Assembly: GCA_900617105.1 (NCBI GenBank)
Contig: UYFQ01000829.1
Span: 1 to 64,000, forward strand
Direction of reading: 5' to 3'
Length of the DNA stretch: 64,000 nucleotides
DNA from: Hydrurus foetidus
Taxonomy: Eukaryota
A model generated the notes under the pieces. It ran no database searches. It saw only the letters and a program-made list of their open reading frames with translations, and was not told the DNA's origin. This document shows, piece by piece, positions 10,085 to 21,937 of the stretch (position 1 is its first letter; every line of letters begins with the position of its first letter). Both the position numbers and the translations under genes were made by a program.

Positions 10085-11908
10085 TTGCGAGAAATCCATT
10101 TCTCCACGCCATCAATTTCAAATCCCATCACTCATATCCGACAGTCGAAGAAAATGGCTCTCCGACGCCAGGACAAGAGGATTAGCACCATCAACTCCCT
10201 TCGCCGACAACGACAGCCCCCTAGAGCTGTCGCCGTCGCCTTCCGACAACGTTACGAGGAGCACCACAATCGTGGAGGAGATAGCATCGAGTCTCCTGGG
10301 CCACCTGCGGCTCAGGACCCCGCCGGCGACCTGTCTGCACCGATTCCTCAGCGGAATTCGGAGCCTGCGGTCTCGTCTGTTATTGATGCTCCTGTTTTAT
10401 CTGCTTTATCCGCTCTAACGTTATCACCAGTTTCGACTGCGACACCAGCTTCGGCTGAGATACCAGCTTCGGCTGCGACACCAGATTCGTCTGCGACACC
10501 AGCTTCGGCTGAGATTCCTCGTTCGATGGCACCACCTCAGCACTATGTGCAAACGGGTGAGAGAGCTCCTAAGTTGAGCGCCGTGCCCTCTCGTCAGGAA
10601 GTACTACGGGTAATGGAGGTCCTCCTTTCAAATGGAACTCCATTTAAACCAGTTGATGTAATCCATGTTTCCAACCATCAATCGTTTACAACGCTTCTCA
10701 AGCGTAAGTTTGCAACTGATCCCGATCGTCGCGACTCCTGTAACAATTGGAAACATTGGTCGAATCAATTGTTCTGTAGAGAACTCAATCTCACAGTTCC
10801 TACATCAGCTGTCAATCGAACTGACAAGCTGAGTTTCATTGAAACTGTCTCTCAGGTCGCACTTCAATTCGACCTGAAGGATAAATCAGTGGAAGACAAG
10901 ACAGATCAGCTTTTAGCTGATATTGTTGATGGATTCCCTGATGCAACACCCGCTCTCCAACTTCAGGCAACCAAAATTCTAATCGATAAGTTGCCTGTCG
11001 AACCTATCAATTGGAGAGCAGTGTTACAGCGTAGTCTTAACAATACAACGCCAAGACTCATTACAATCGAAGACTTTCGATTCGTATGGCTTGCGCAGCT
11101 TGCTAAGCTACGAGAATCAATTGATGCCTTACGGTTCATTGATGTCTCTCCTTTGTATGGTGATCACTCTCGCCAAATCAAAGCTCCTCCTCGTTCCTCT
11201 CAGGACAAAATCAAAAAACGTCCACGAGAGAGCGAACAATCTGTGCAATCAGACAAGTCTGACAAATTCGAAAGACCTCTGTGCACAGGTTGTGGGAGAC
11301 TCGGCCATTTCGTCGCCACGTGTTTCTACACTACGTCTCCGTACTATAACAGTACAGACGCACCCTATATCAACTCTGAGGGTCATAAGCAGTTGTTGAA
11401 AGTCGATTCAAAGGCTAAGTTTATTCCAACTTTACCTAAGACATCGACCTCTTCTTCATCGTCTTCCTCTTCTTCTTCCTCTTCGTCAAAACCTGCTACT
11501 TCAACAGCAGACTCGACAAACGCTGCGAAGAAACACAAAGGTGAGCAACTATGCAACCTAAATTCATCATCTATTCTTTCCGATGATCCAGAACTTATTC
11601 CTTTCTTCGTATCTCCCCTCTCACAGGAGGTTATGCTGGAAAAAAGTAATAGAGTCTTTACTCTCCTGGACACCGGCTCTTTTGCTGGCAACTTTATACA
11701 TCGCCGCATTATAACTAATCATAATTTCACACAATTCGTTTCTAACTCTTCAAAGAAATTGTGTAAAGTTTGTAGTGGATTAGATAATCATTGTTATGAT
11801 ATTTCTGACACTATAGACTTAATTCTTTTTTATTTTTGCCCTGATTTAAATAATTATTATACTTTTCAAATCACGGCTTATGTTTTAAACGAATCAAAAT
11901 GGATTTAA
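10085..11908 (+). CDS. gag: Gypsy-2 gag-protease (likely ATG at about 10154)
   Basis: CCHC knuckle CTGCGRLGHFVATC, Ser-rich linker, protease LLDTGS. Confidence 0.85.
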   Translation: MREIHFSTPSISNPITHIRQSKKMALRRQDKRISTINSLRRQRQPPRAVAVAFRQRYEEHHNRGGDSIESPGPPAAQDPAGDLSAPIPQRNSEPAVSSVIDAPVLSALSALTLSPVSTATPASAEIPASAATPDSSATPASAEIPRSMAPPQHYVQTGERAPKLSAVPSRQEVLRVMEVLLSNGTPFKPVDVIHVSNHQSFTTLLKRKFATDPDRRDSCNNWKHWSNQLFCRELNLTVPTSAVNRTDKLSFIETVSQVALQFDLKDKSVEDKTDQLLADIVDGFPDATPALQLQATKILIDKLPVEPINWRAVLQRSLNNTTPRLITIEDFRFVWLAQLAKLRESIDALRFIDVSPLYGDHSRQIKAPPRSSQDKIKKRPRESEQSVQSDKSDKFERPLCTGCGRLGHFVATCFYTTSPYYNSTDAPYINSEGHKQLLKVDSKAKFIPTLPKTSTSSSSSSSSSSSSSKPATSTADSTNAAKKHKGEQLCNLNSSSILSDDPELIPFFVSPLSQEVMLEKSNRVFTLLDTGSFAGNFIHRRIITNHNFTQFVSNSSKKLCKVCSGLDNHCYDISDTIDLILFYFCPDLNNYYTFQITAYVLNESKWI

Positions 11909-11923
11909 TAGCAAGCAATTCGA

Positions 11924-14900
11924 ATGGGACGAAAAGCAATTCGCGAATTGAATTTATTTTCACGTTTCCCCGATCAAATATCTGCCAATGCTTCATCAAG
12001 CACTACCTCATTAGCGGAAGTTTTATCTTCTGAACAAGTGGATATAACGTGTGGCTGTCAGCCTAAGGAGAAGTTGCAACCCTCTGATGGCTCCCCAAAG
12101 GTCGATCCTTTAACCCAAAAGGTGAAACCGGCAGTAACCCAAATACATGTTATTCTAGCTTCACTAATACAAGAGTCTGAAAGACTTTTTGAGGCTGTGC
12201 CCCCTGATGAGGACGAAATCGACGACTCGATCAAGGACTCGTTTTCACCTTGGATAGATGAATTTCCTGATACTGACCCACTCTCGCTAATAAACTTAGC
12301 AGGTGATGAAGATCAGAAAAATAAACTTCGGTTACTAGTACACGAATTCAAGGATATATTTAGCAGTGAACTTTCGGCCACTCCTGCTGATATTCCACCC
12401 TTTGACTTTCATGTCAATGACGACCAATGGAGAGTTCCTAAAAATAGACAACCTCCATGGGCTAAATCAACAGTTGATCAAGCTGACATTCTCAGTCAAA
12501 TTAAAAAACTTGAAAAACAAAATATTGTTGAAAAATCGAACGCGGCTTATTATAGCCAAGTTTTACTAGTTCCTAAATCTGATGGAACTAAGCGCATGTG
12601 TATTGATTTTCGGAATCTCAACAATTGTACCGAAGATAAATCACATCCTATTCCACACATCGGTGAGATGTTGCGTAGAATAGGTGCACATAAAGCAAAA
12701 GTGTTTGCTGTACTTGACCTCACTCAAGGGTACCATCAAGCACCACTTACACTCGCTGCACGTGCTTATACTGCATTCATACTTTTCTGCGGAGTATATC
12801 AATTCACTCGTTTACCCTTTGGGCCTAAACAAGCACCCTCCTATTTCCAACAGATTATGACAACTGTTGTGTTAGCAGGGCTGATATACTCTATATGCGA
12901 AATGTACATAGATGATTGCAATGTTTTCGGTAAAGACATTGACGAACTTATTACTAGACTTCGTCTTGTGTTTGATCGATTTAGAAAACACAAAATATTC
13001 CTTAAACCGAATAAGTGTTATCTAGGCTATGCCGAAATAGATTATGTTGGCAAAGTTCTATCTGCAGATGGACTTAGAATGTCACAAGAAAAAATACGGA
13101 CTGTCTTAGATTTTCCTAAACCAGTACTATCTAAACAACTCAAAAGTTTTTTAGGATTGGTTAATTATTTTCATGACTTTGTTAGAAACGCTTCTACTGT
13201 TGTATACCCGTTACATCAGTTGCTTCTTAACTATAATAAGTATAAGAAAATAACTTGGACAATAGAAGCTCTCAGAGCATTCAATTTGATCAAATCTGAG
13301 ATTTCAAAATGCACGACTATGCACTTTTTAAGTGACACCGATCCGATATACTTGCACACTGATGCATCGGACTACGGTGTAGGTGCCTATCTTTTCCAGT
13401 TAGTTGACGGTCAAGAAACGCCCATAGCATTTGTCAGTAAATCACTTAACAAAGCTCAGCTTCGTTGGGCTGTTATACAAAAAGAAGCATATGCTATCTT
13501 TTATTCGTGCACGTATTTAAAATCGCTATTACGTGATCGTACGTTCACATTGCGTACAGATCATCGTAACTTGTTATACATCAAGGATAATTCAAATCCA
13601 ATGATTGTTCGGTGGTTTATGGCCTTATCCGAATATTCATTTAAAATTGAATATATACCTGGTGCTAACAATGATATAGCTGATTCGATGTCTCGACTCT
13701 GTCGCAATAACATGGTTGATTTCCCTCAGGAATATACTCCTGATGCAATCATGTCTGCTAATACTATTGAAAAATTCAAACTAACACGTGATCAGTACAA
13801 TACAATCAGTAAAGTACACAATTCACAAGTTGGGCATTTTGGCCTTGAGCGCACTTTAAAGCGTCTCATTGACAAAAGATAGTATGGCAATATATGCGTC
13901 AGCACGTCAGGTGGTTCATAGATCACTGTTCGTGTTGTCAGAAAATGAGTATGTTAAAGATACCAATACATGCTCATGGTTTCTCAACTTCTACTTACAC
14001 ACCTATGGAATGCCTTAACATAGACTTCATAGGACCGTTCCCAGACGGCGGGTACGTACTCGTAATTATCGATACGTTCACAAGATGGGTTGAACTGTTT
14101 CATACAGAAGATGCTACAGCACTTTCAACAGCTAAATGCCTCTTGCAACACTTCGGTCGTTTCGGCGCACCTCTCCAACTCCGTTCTGATAATGGGCCAC
14201 ACTTCATTTCCGAAGTTATTAGAGAGTTTCTAACTCTTATTGGCACTCAACATTGTCTTACTTTAGCATATTCTAAAGAAGAAAATGCTATTGTTGAGCG
14301 CATGAATAAAGAAGTTAATAGACATCTTCGTGCATTAACATTCGATAATGTCACACTAGAAGATTATAAAACGTCACTTCCATTTGTGCAACGAATTTTA
14401 AATTCTAATCACAGTGATCGTTTAAAAATATCATCTTCTCAACTTCTTTTCGGAAATGTACTAAAACTCGATAGAGGTATCTTTTACCTCCTGCTGAGCG
14501 AAATGTTACTGATGACAAACCTTTGTCAAAGCGTATGAGCAATCTACTCAAAACGCAAGACAGTCTTCTTAAAGCTTCTGCTAAAGAACTTCTTCGCACA
14601 GATTTGCTTCATCAAAGTCAGTCTCAAGTTTTTCAGCATGTAGATTATCCAAAAGACTCTTATGTCTTAGTGCACTATCGCGATGGATCCCTCCTTCACG
14701 TCTTCACACGCATTGGAGAGGCCCATTAAAAGTCGTTAGTGGCGAAAATTCGCGTTACACACTTTATGATTTAGTCACTCAGAAAACTTCAGAGTTTCAT
14801 GTTTCTGCAATGAAACCTTTTCTATTTGACCCTTCAATCACAAATCCGTTGGATGTTGCACGACGTGATCACATGGAATACTTTGTTGAAGACATTCTTG

Positions 14901-15073
14901 ATCATCGTGGCAAACACCAACGTACCCACATAGAGTTTTTAGTCAAATGGTTAAATTACCCTTCAGACAAAAACACTTGGGAACCTTATTCAAGTCTTCG
15001 TGATGTTGATAAACTTCATGATTATTTACGTCATAATAACATGACTAAATTAATCAATAAGCAACATAGATGA
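11924..15073 (+). pseudogene. pol: Gypsy-2 pol (RT-RH-IN-chromodomain) broken by frameshifts near 11900, 13880, 14480 and 14690
   Basis: YIDD, TDASDYGVG, DFIGP, RSDNG and VKWLNY...NTWEP are spread over ORFs 11924-13882, 13894-14538, 14523-14729 and 14810-15073. Confidence 0.93.
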
Positions 15074-15272
15074 CTTAATATATTTGAAACTTTATCCATG
15101 AGGATTCTCTCCTATTTTTTTACCTACCGGTCTTTTTTGGAGAGTTTAGTCAGTAAAAGTCTGACATCATCGTTTCATCTATATCTCATATATATGTTTT
15201 ACATATCTTTTCATTTTTTTCATTTTTTTTGTATATCATATCAAAGATCTTCAAAAAAGGAAGAAGGGGTAG

Positions 15273-15534
15273 TGTAGCCTTGTTGCATTCCTAAGGGGAT
15301 ACAATGTGTCTAGGTTAACTAGGTACAATAGGTATATTACGCCCAGATTCCACTTTTAGGTCTTAGTTCCACATATGACGTGAATGCACTTTAGCGTACA
15401 CATCACTTGTAGATACTCAACTGTAAAATACTAACACAAGTTTACTCCACCTACCCTTTCTTCCCTTGCCCACCGCTTGCATCAACCGACCACCACTTTT
15501 AGCTCCAACGTCCTAGGCCCCGCCCAAGACCACA
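15273..15534 (+). repeat. Gypsy-2 3' LTR
   Basis: Direct repeat of 9787-10048. Confidence 0.97.
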
Positions 15535-18500
15535 CGACTAGCTCAGCCTCTGTGCTGGACTTGGTCATCAGGCGCTGTGTCCCGCTCTTGGCATAAATTG
15601 CCCCCTTCCCCAGTGTGACCACGCTACCTGTGTGGCTTTTCATGTCGGGGTGTATGGCAAAGGATGCGTCGATATATGCAGTAACATGGATAGGTTCATG
15701 TACTTCAAATGTAATACCCATGTGCTGGGTACCCCGTATGTACTGGATCGTACGGGACAGCTTGTCGTAGTCATCCCTTTGGGGCTTTAGCACCCGCTTG
15801 GTGAGGAATGCTACAGCCGTGAGAATGTCCGGCCTAGTCCTCTTACTCAGGTACAGTAGCTTGGCTGTAATGGAGTGGAAACGCTCACGCAAGTCATCAG
15901 GTAATAATGGGTTAGATTCATCAGGTATAGCAAACAGGTTGGGTCGTGCAGGAGTGGTAGCCGTGCCCGGCATGTCCGTGCACCCCTCAATGAGATCTTT
16001 TACAAACCCTTCCATCGTCATCTTGACTACTCCTTCGTTATTGAAGTCGAAGGTCATACCTATGTAATTTAATACTTTGCCGCGGTGTTTGGTTAGACCG
16101 GGGTATATAGTTTCAATCTGCTTTATGACCTCATCCACGCAGGATTCGGTTGAAGCAGTAATAATCATGTCGTCAACATGAATCACTAATGAGGTTTGTG
16201 TGTTATCAGTTTCAGTTCTATTGAATACGCAGATGTCGTATTCGTTTGCAGTATAATTGAGTTTATTCAAATCGCTGGATAGTTTGTCATACCATAGCTT
16301 AGCAGATTCTACACATCCATGTAAAGCTTTCTTTAGTTTCACAATACATGTTCCATTCTTATTTATGTATTTGTTATATGTTGCGTCTATTTGTATTAGT
16401 GCAGCAGTCAGTTGTTTATTTAATCGCATGTATACAACATGGTCACCGGTCAGCGGCATATCGCTATTCAGAAATGCACCAGGGAAATCAACAGTGGCAA
16501 TAGCACGGTTCTGTTTAGCAGCAATCGCAGTTAGTATAAATACGCTGGATGTGCTAGCAGTAGGGGATGCACCGTTGTTATAAACATCTCTATCTTGTAG
16601 GTGCCCACCGGCTACTAATCTAGATTTCAGTTTTTCAAACATACCATCAGCCGTGTACTTTTCTTTTAGAAACATGCTACTCGGTATGATGGTGCGTTTT
16701 TGTTTAGGGGTAAGTGATTCATAAGTTACACCTTCCTATACATCCTTGTCGCACATTTGTTTTAATTCGGATGTAATGGAATCAACAGCTAGCACCCCTA
16801 ACTTATTAATTCCTTCACTAACAGTCATCTTATATAAGGATGTGTTTTTATAAAACATGCTACCAACATATTTCCTATTCCAATTACCTAGTTGGTGGTT
16901 TCTACCACTTCTACGCAACAAAGGTGAAACACTGTCTGGTAAATCATATTCTGTTTCTATTACTGAAGGTGGTGAGAATACTTCGGGTTGCGCAGTTACA
17001 TCGTCAAAGTCATTTTCATCATCACTTATTCCAAATATATCATCAATTAGTGCTTGATCGTATCTGGGTGAACGCTCATGTGTTTCGTATTGATTCGCAT
17101 CATCATGTGTGTGGTTATCGTAATATAGTTCGTCATTAGTATGAGTGGTGTCATTCGTATATAGTGTGTCATCTACATACTCATCTAATGTCGGTGGGTT
17201 GTTTTCATCGTACATATATTGTTGTGGCTCAGGGTATGTGTCATTGTCAACGTGTTGGTTGTCTTCAGTGATTTCATCGGTTTCTTCTGCGTCAGCAGAT
17301 TCGTCAATGGTATCATACTCAATGTCACCAATGTATTCAGGGTCATCGTCAACATCATCATCATCATCGAATACGGTGTGGCTATTCTCGAATACAGGTT
17401 GTTTAACATTGGCAGTTTTTCTATTCGCTGCCAGACTGTTTAAGTGTAACACAACTTCATTAGGCATGGGTAGTACGGTTGCTTTTGTACGTTTAACAAT
17501 TTGTTCATTTGCTAACAGCATGTAGTACCATGAACCTTCTAGATTGCCGGAGCTCATAAGTGCTATGGCCCCGGCTGTTCTTGGTTTGGTAGAGTTGTCA
17601 ATAACATCATTGTGCACTTGGACATAATCACCAAAACCGTGCTTAATCTCTTTATCTACATCAATCTTTCTACCGCTGAGTTTCTCTCGTGGGCTGATGT
17701 GATCTATAGAGTTACGTGTGGGAGCTAATACAATTCTACTGACTGCATACTTAACTAACCACACTTCAAGTTTCTCGCTTAATTCAAATGGCAGCGTGTT
17801 AATAACGGATCTGACTCTCTCTTTGATATGTCTAATCTTACGCTCCACTACGGCTACGGCTTCCCCGGCTCCGGTAACATCTAAAATGATACCTCTGAGA
17901 CTGACTTTGTTGTGGAACCATTCGGTGTTTATGGCGCCTTCACCGTCTACTCTTATCATCTTAATCTTAAAGTGATACTTAGTCATGCCTGCTATGGCTG
18001 TCTTTAGACTGTTCCATAGTGTCTTGTGATCTCTCTTGGCTAGCTTGCTAACAAACAGGAATTCAATAGGCTGTACAACTGATACTAGGTAAGGTATTTG
18101 GTTGACAAACATTATATCAATGTACATGATCTGTTCTGTCTTATACTCTGTGCCTATAAGAGGTAACTTCTCTTCTAGCTTAGCTTGGTGGCTAGTAGTT
18201 TTACCCTTTAGGGATCCAATGTCTGGTCCCCATATGTCTACTGCTCGGTGTACGTCTCGCGCAGTCACTTTACTGTTAGTCAAATTCCCTTGGGATATCA
18301 ACTTGATAGTTTGTGCTGCGCTAGCGTAACCTAGCCTACGCTGATAGTCTCTAGCTAGCGAAGCGTCTCTGACCTCTCTAACTGTATACTTCTTCTTTTT
18401 CTCTTCTACGGTTGTAACTAATAGTGGCATGCATTTAGTCACCATAGTGTCAAGGTTGCACTGGTATATATTCATAGATTCATCTCGTGAGAATCTGTAG

Positions 18501-18960
18501 AAATAATTACCAGTGACATCCTGTACTATGTAACAGTCATGGTCATGTAAGTACATAACATCAGTACAGTCACGTACAGCATTACCGAAAGACAGTATGT
18601 TACCAGCACAGTCAGGGCTATAATATACATTGCCAAACGCTGATTCGCCACGCTCCTTGACTATTAGCGGTTTTCCTTTCGGATTCACCCCGCTAACAAT
18701 CATGGGAGTAGTGGCAGATTTTACATTGTATAACAGGGATGAGTCGTTGAATACCGACTCACCAGCACAAGTATCAAGCAGTATGTGTTTTGTTTTAATT
18801 GCATTGTATATATTACAAGTGTTTGCACTAAATACAATACGGTCGCACGATTCAACCCCGCTAGTGGAGTCAGCCAAACGTGGACCGGTGGGGGTAAGTG
18901 CATGTACGGGTGTGTGTGTGTGTGGGGGTGCGTATGTGGGTGAGGAATAATGTAATGTGT

Positions 18961-20073
18961 TTAGTTTACCGATTTCGAGTGTCCACTGGCTGCTGATGCA
19001 GCCGATTGGCTCTCCTGGGCAGTGCACTCATATGCATAGTGTCCCGGTTCCTTACATGAATTACAGATCCCGGGTCGGGTGCCGTATCCCGGACGTTCAC
19101 CCTTCCCTTTTCCCGCATCCCCAGTTGACTTTCCCTTCTCTCTACCTACAGATTTTTCTCCTCCAGCTGTTTTCACTGCAAAGATATTAGATTGATTAGG
19201 TGGGCCCGTTCCGGCCGGTTTTCTGGGAGTCACCTTAGCCATCTCTAAGTACGCTTCATCTAGCGAATCTGGCCAGTCCTTGATCCCATGCTCGTAGTAT
19301 TCTACGAATTGTTTGTACCCCGAGTTGAGTCCCTTCATGAACTTCATGCCCGTGAGAAGATTCTCGTGTATGGTCATGGCCGGTGTATACACCGGCTCGA
19401 TCCCTAGGACCCGTTTGGTGTCATCGTATCCAGTCTTCAGGGCTTTGAAGCGCTGGTAGTAGTACTTAAGGACATCGTTGGGCTCCATTCTTACGGTCTC
19501 ATAGGCCATCCTTACCCGTAGTAGGTTCTCGTCTGCTCCCAGCTTCGGGTCGGACAGGTGGGTGAGTATGATGGCTCTCATGAATAACAGCGGGTTCTCC
19601 GCTGTGATCGCGGCCAGGCCCGGTTCAGTTTCGCGGATAGTCGCCTTAGACGTCTCGCTTATCTGACCTAGCATCAGGCCGAAGACCTGCTTCTTGTCGG
19701 TTTCTAGCTCCGTCATTTTCTTGTCGTAGAGGTCCAGTGATTTCTTCCATCTTGCAATTTGCATGAAGTTCGCGTCCTCCGCTATATCAGCAGGAGCCAC
19801 TAGGACGGGATACTCTCCCGGTATGCCTTCGTTCCCAAATATGTCACAAATGTCTGATTTATAGTTGGTCCGCGTATACTCTCTAAATTTTCTCATCCAT
19901 GCGCTTACGCTACCATGGTTCATTTCCTTCCCCAAATCCAGGAACGCGCCTATGGCCGCTACCGTTCCTGTTCGGGGTGGAGGCTTGAAGCCTCCACGGC
20001 CGGCATTGCCTCTGCCGCCGTTGGCAGGGCCGCCCTTGCCAGAAGGTTTCTTGTCTGCAGCTTTTCCTTTCAT
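18961..20073 (-). CDS. gag: Copia-1 gag
   Basis: RGG-rich N-terminus and CCHC knuckle CNSCKEPGHYAYEC; highly similar to gag at 59809-60929. Confidence 0.9.
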   Translation of the reverse strand: MKGKAADKKPSGKGGPANGGRGNAGRGGFKPPPRTGTVAAIGAFLDLGKEMNHGSVSAWMRKFREYTRTNYKSDICDIFGNEGIPGEYPVLVAPADIAEDANFMQIARWKKSLDLYDKKMTELETDKKQVFGLMLGQISETSKATIRETEPGLAAITAENPLLFMRAIILTHLSDPKLGADENLLRVRMAYETVRMEPNDVLKYYYQRFKALKTGYDDTKRVLGIEPVYTPAMTIHENLLTGMKFMKGLNSGYKQFVEYYEHGIKDWPDSLDEAYLEMAKVTPRKPAGTGPPNQSNIFAVKTAGGEKSVGREKGKSTGDAGKGKGERPGYGTRPGICNSCKEPGHYAYECTAQESQSAASAASGHSKSVN

Positions 20074-20098
20074 AGGATGAAAGTGCAATTGTTAATTA

Positions 20099-20464
20099 TG
20101 TCGGAGTCCACGCTTTAGTTCCACTGAATGGGCAACTAAATCCTTCCTGGGTCTGCTCTCCTTCTGCAACTTCAACCTGGCGTCTGATCACTTTCCCGGG
20201 CTCAAGGCGAAAGTGGGTTTGGTTTGGAGTTTAAAGTAATTAACAATGCAACGTAGCTTACATCGTTCATGGAGACAGTCGAGAAATTCGATCTGTCCCG
20301 CACAGTCAAACATGGTGTACTTTCATTTTTAATGTTCCTGGATGTGGAAAAAGAACTTGGACCAGTGGAGTAGCGACCTCCACGTGGCACACGACGTACG
20401 AAACGTCATTAAATGTACATACGTAATAACTTATACGGTTACTTATCACACAGTTATTCCGACA
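20099..20464 (-). repeat. Copia-1 5' LTR (366 bp)
   Basis: Repeat of 8345-8703; related to 59419-59783. Confidence 0.97.
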
Positions 20465-20690
20465 CCCATTACGTTTACGGTATTGTCGCAACCCAGCGAA
20501 GACTTCAACAAATTTCGGTTGTTTACTTCGTGATCATTCCGCCGCGTGTAGTCACTGTGTATCCATTCCCAATGACTCTTCATATTGCTCAAGAGATGTC
20601 TTATCATATCTCTTCAACATGCCACTTCGAGGTCGGTGTGCATTCGTCGTTTTTTCACTCTGCTCGTTGGAAGACTGAGCTGGGGGAGCC

Positions 20691-21937
20691 TTGATTGGCT
20701 TACAGTTCCGTGTGCCCTCCGCGAGTCTATTGCGTTCGGGATGCCTTTCGTATTACGACGACAGCGTAGTGTCAGTAACCACCACGACAAATATAACGTC
20801 CTGCGGTGGTCCAAATCTATTCGTCGGCGTCGGATGTTTTGAAAGTGCCACATTTGTTGTAGGTGCTTATGCACCAGCGACGGAGATCTTCTCTCAGAGT
20901 ATCCTGAATACTGCGCGTCTTTACGATGGAGTGTACTGGTACTACTCTGTTGGACGTTATCTTGGTTTCTCTGAGAAAGCTGATCTGGATCCATTGGTTG
21001 CTAAGGGCTATTCTAGCATGGGCAGCGACCATCAAATGATACGAGTATCGATCAAGGAAGTGTGTCGCACGCATTTGTCAGCAACGAATCGTGGAAGCTG
21101 AGAAAAGGCATATATAGCTGCCCAGAGGGTATGTTGACTCTTAGTTACTACTTAATTGAAAGCGATCAGAGAGATTTGAATTATGCTACTGTCCTCATTT
21201 AGTGATGTTAGGCTGACCGACTTATTGGCTGACTCCTGTATTCCGTTCCATTTGCAGACATCATGCCATTGAAAGCTTTGACGTCTAACAATCCTTCATC
21301 GAAAGCCGTACTCACTAATGCTGCACAACTCGACCGTGCTCCTCTAGCAACATCGGCTTGTCAGTTCAGTTCTTCTATAATCGCTAACCAGGTATGACTT
21401 CCATCCTGGAACCCACTCAACTGAATATCAACTGTTACAGATATGAATGTGACTGTTCTTGTGTATGATTGCACCTCTTAGTGGATCCATCTAGGCTCTG
21501 CTACGAACTTAATGAAGGCATGTGTGAGGAGCTTCATGGAGCTTATTGCCAATATGTCAGCCAATACTGACAGCTTCCAGTGGATAGGGTACAACGAAAC
21601 GGTGTCGTATGTAGAAAGTGCGACCATCTATGAGTACCACATCAGATGCACGATATCCATGTGTGAAAGTGTTGAGGGCCAGACACGCAGAGCTCTGGAG
21701 GCTTCGATACAGAACGAGACGTACGATGAAGCATTGTCGCAGTGCCTCGGCAGAGTGCTGAGCGGTGTGTCTGGTAGCTTTGCGTCAACACGAAGTGCCT
21801 TGCCTACATTAGACACAGTATTGATATCATCTACTCTTATGGAGTCGACGGATGGACCAACGGCGTGTCCCACTCCACGGTCTACCTGGGTATTCAAAAA
21901 TGGTGAGAAGCACTGCGATGAATACTGTGTTATTTGA
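20691..21937 (+). pseudogene. Degenerate multi-exon gene for a probable secreted/surface protein
   Basis: CGGPNLFVG...GAYA...DGVYWYYSVGRYLGFS resembles an uncharacterised protist extracellular module. A downstream exon ends in PTACPTP. Intron-like GTATGA...TAG at about 21392-21481. Reading frames are broken. Confidence 0.4.

Larger units (their letters stand above)
9787..15534 (+). mobile_element. Gypsy-2: Ty3/Gypsy chromovirus-type LTR retrotransposon nested in Copia-1
   Basis: 262-bp LTRs 9787-10048 and 15273-15534 (one mismatch seen). 4-bp TSD CGAC at 9783-9786 and 15535-15538. PPT AAAAAAGGAAGAAGGGGTAG. Confidence 0.97.
9355..18970 (-). pseudogene. pol: Copia-1 pol (PR-IN-RT-RNaseH), disrupted by one premature stop at 16736-16738 and by the Gypsy-2 insertion in RNase H
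   Basis: Protease LLDTCA. Integrase YIDIMFV, RVDGEG, VERKIR. RT KSRLVAGG, DFPGAFL, HVDD. RNase H YIDASF, SSTEAELV|ALSDAA (frame restored by removing 9787-15534 plus CGAC), YQDNQS, ADILTKPL. Confidence 0.93.
8345..20464 (-). mobile_element. Copia-1: Ty1/Copia LTR retrotransposon (resembles stramenopile CoDi-type), interrupted by Gypsy-2
   Basis: LTRs 8345-8703 and 20099-20464. 5-bp TSD CCCAT at 8340-8344 and 20465-20469. Order gag-PR-IN-RT-RH on the minus strand. PPT ATAGGGGTG precedes the 3' LTR. Confidence 0.97.

Noticed and set aside
15085..15177. Hammerhead ribozyme in the Gypsy 3' UTRs
   Set aside because: Canonical CUGANGA/GAAA core not found in the right arrangement on either strand; kept only as an unclassified structure
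16736..16738. In-frame TAG between Copia-1 integrase and RT as programmed readthrough
   Set aside because: Context DV*EGV fits a TGG-to-TAG mutation of a Trp codon; there is no second copy in the window to show conservation
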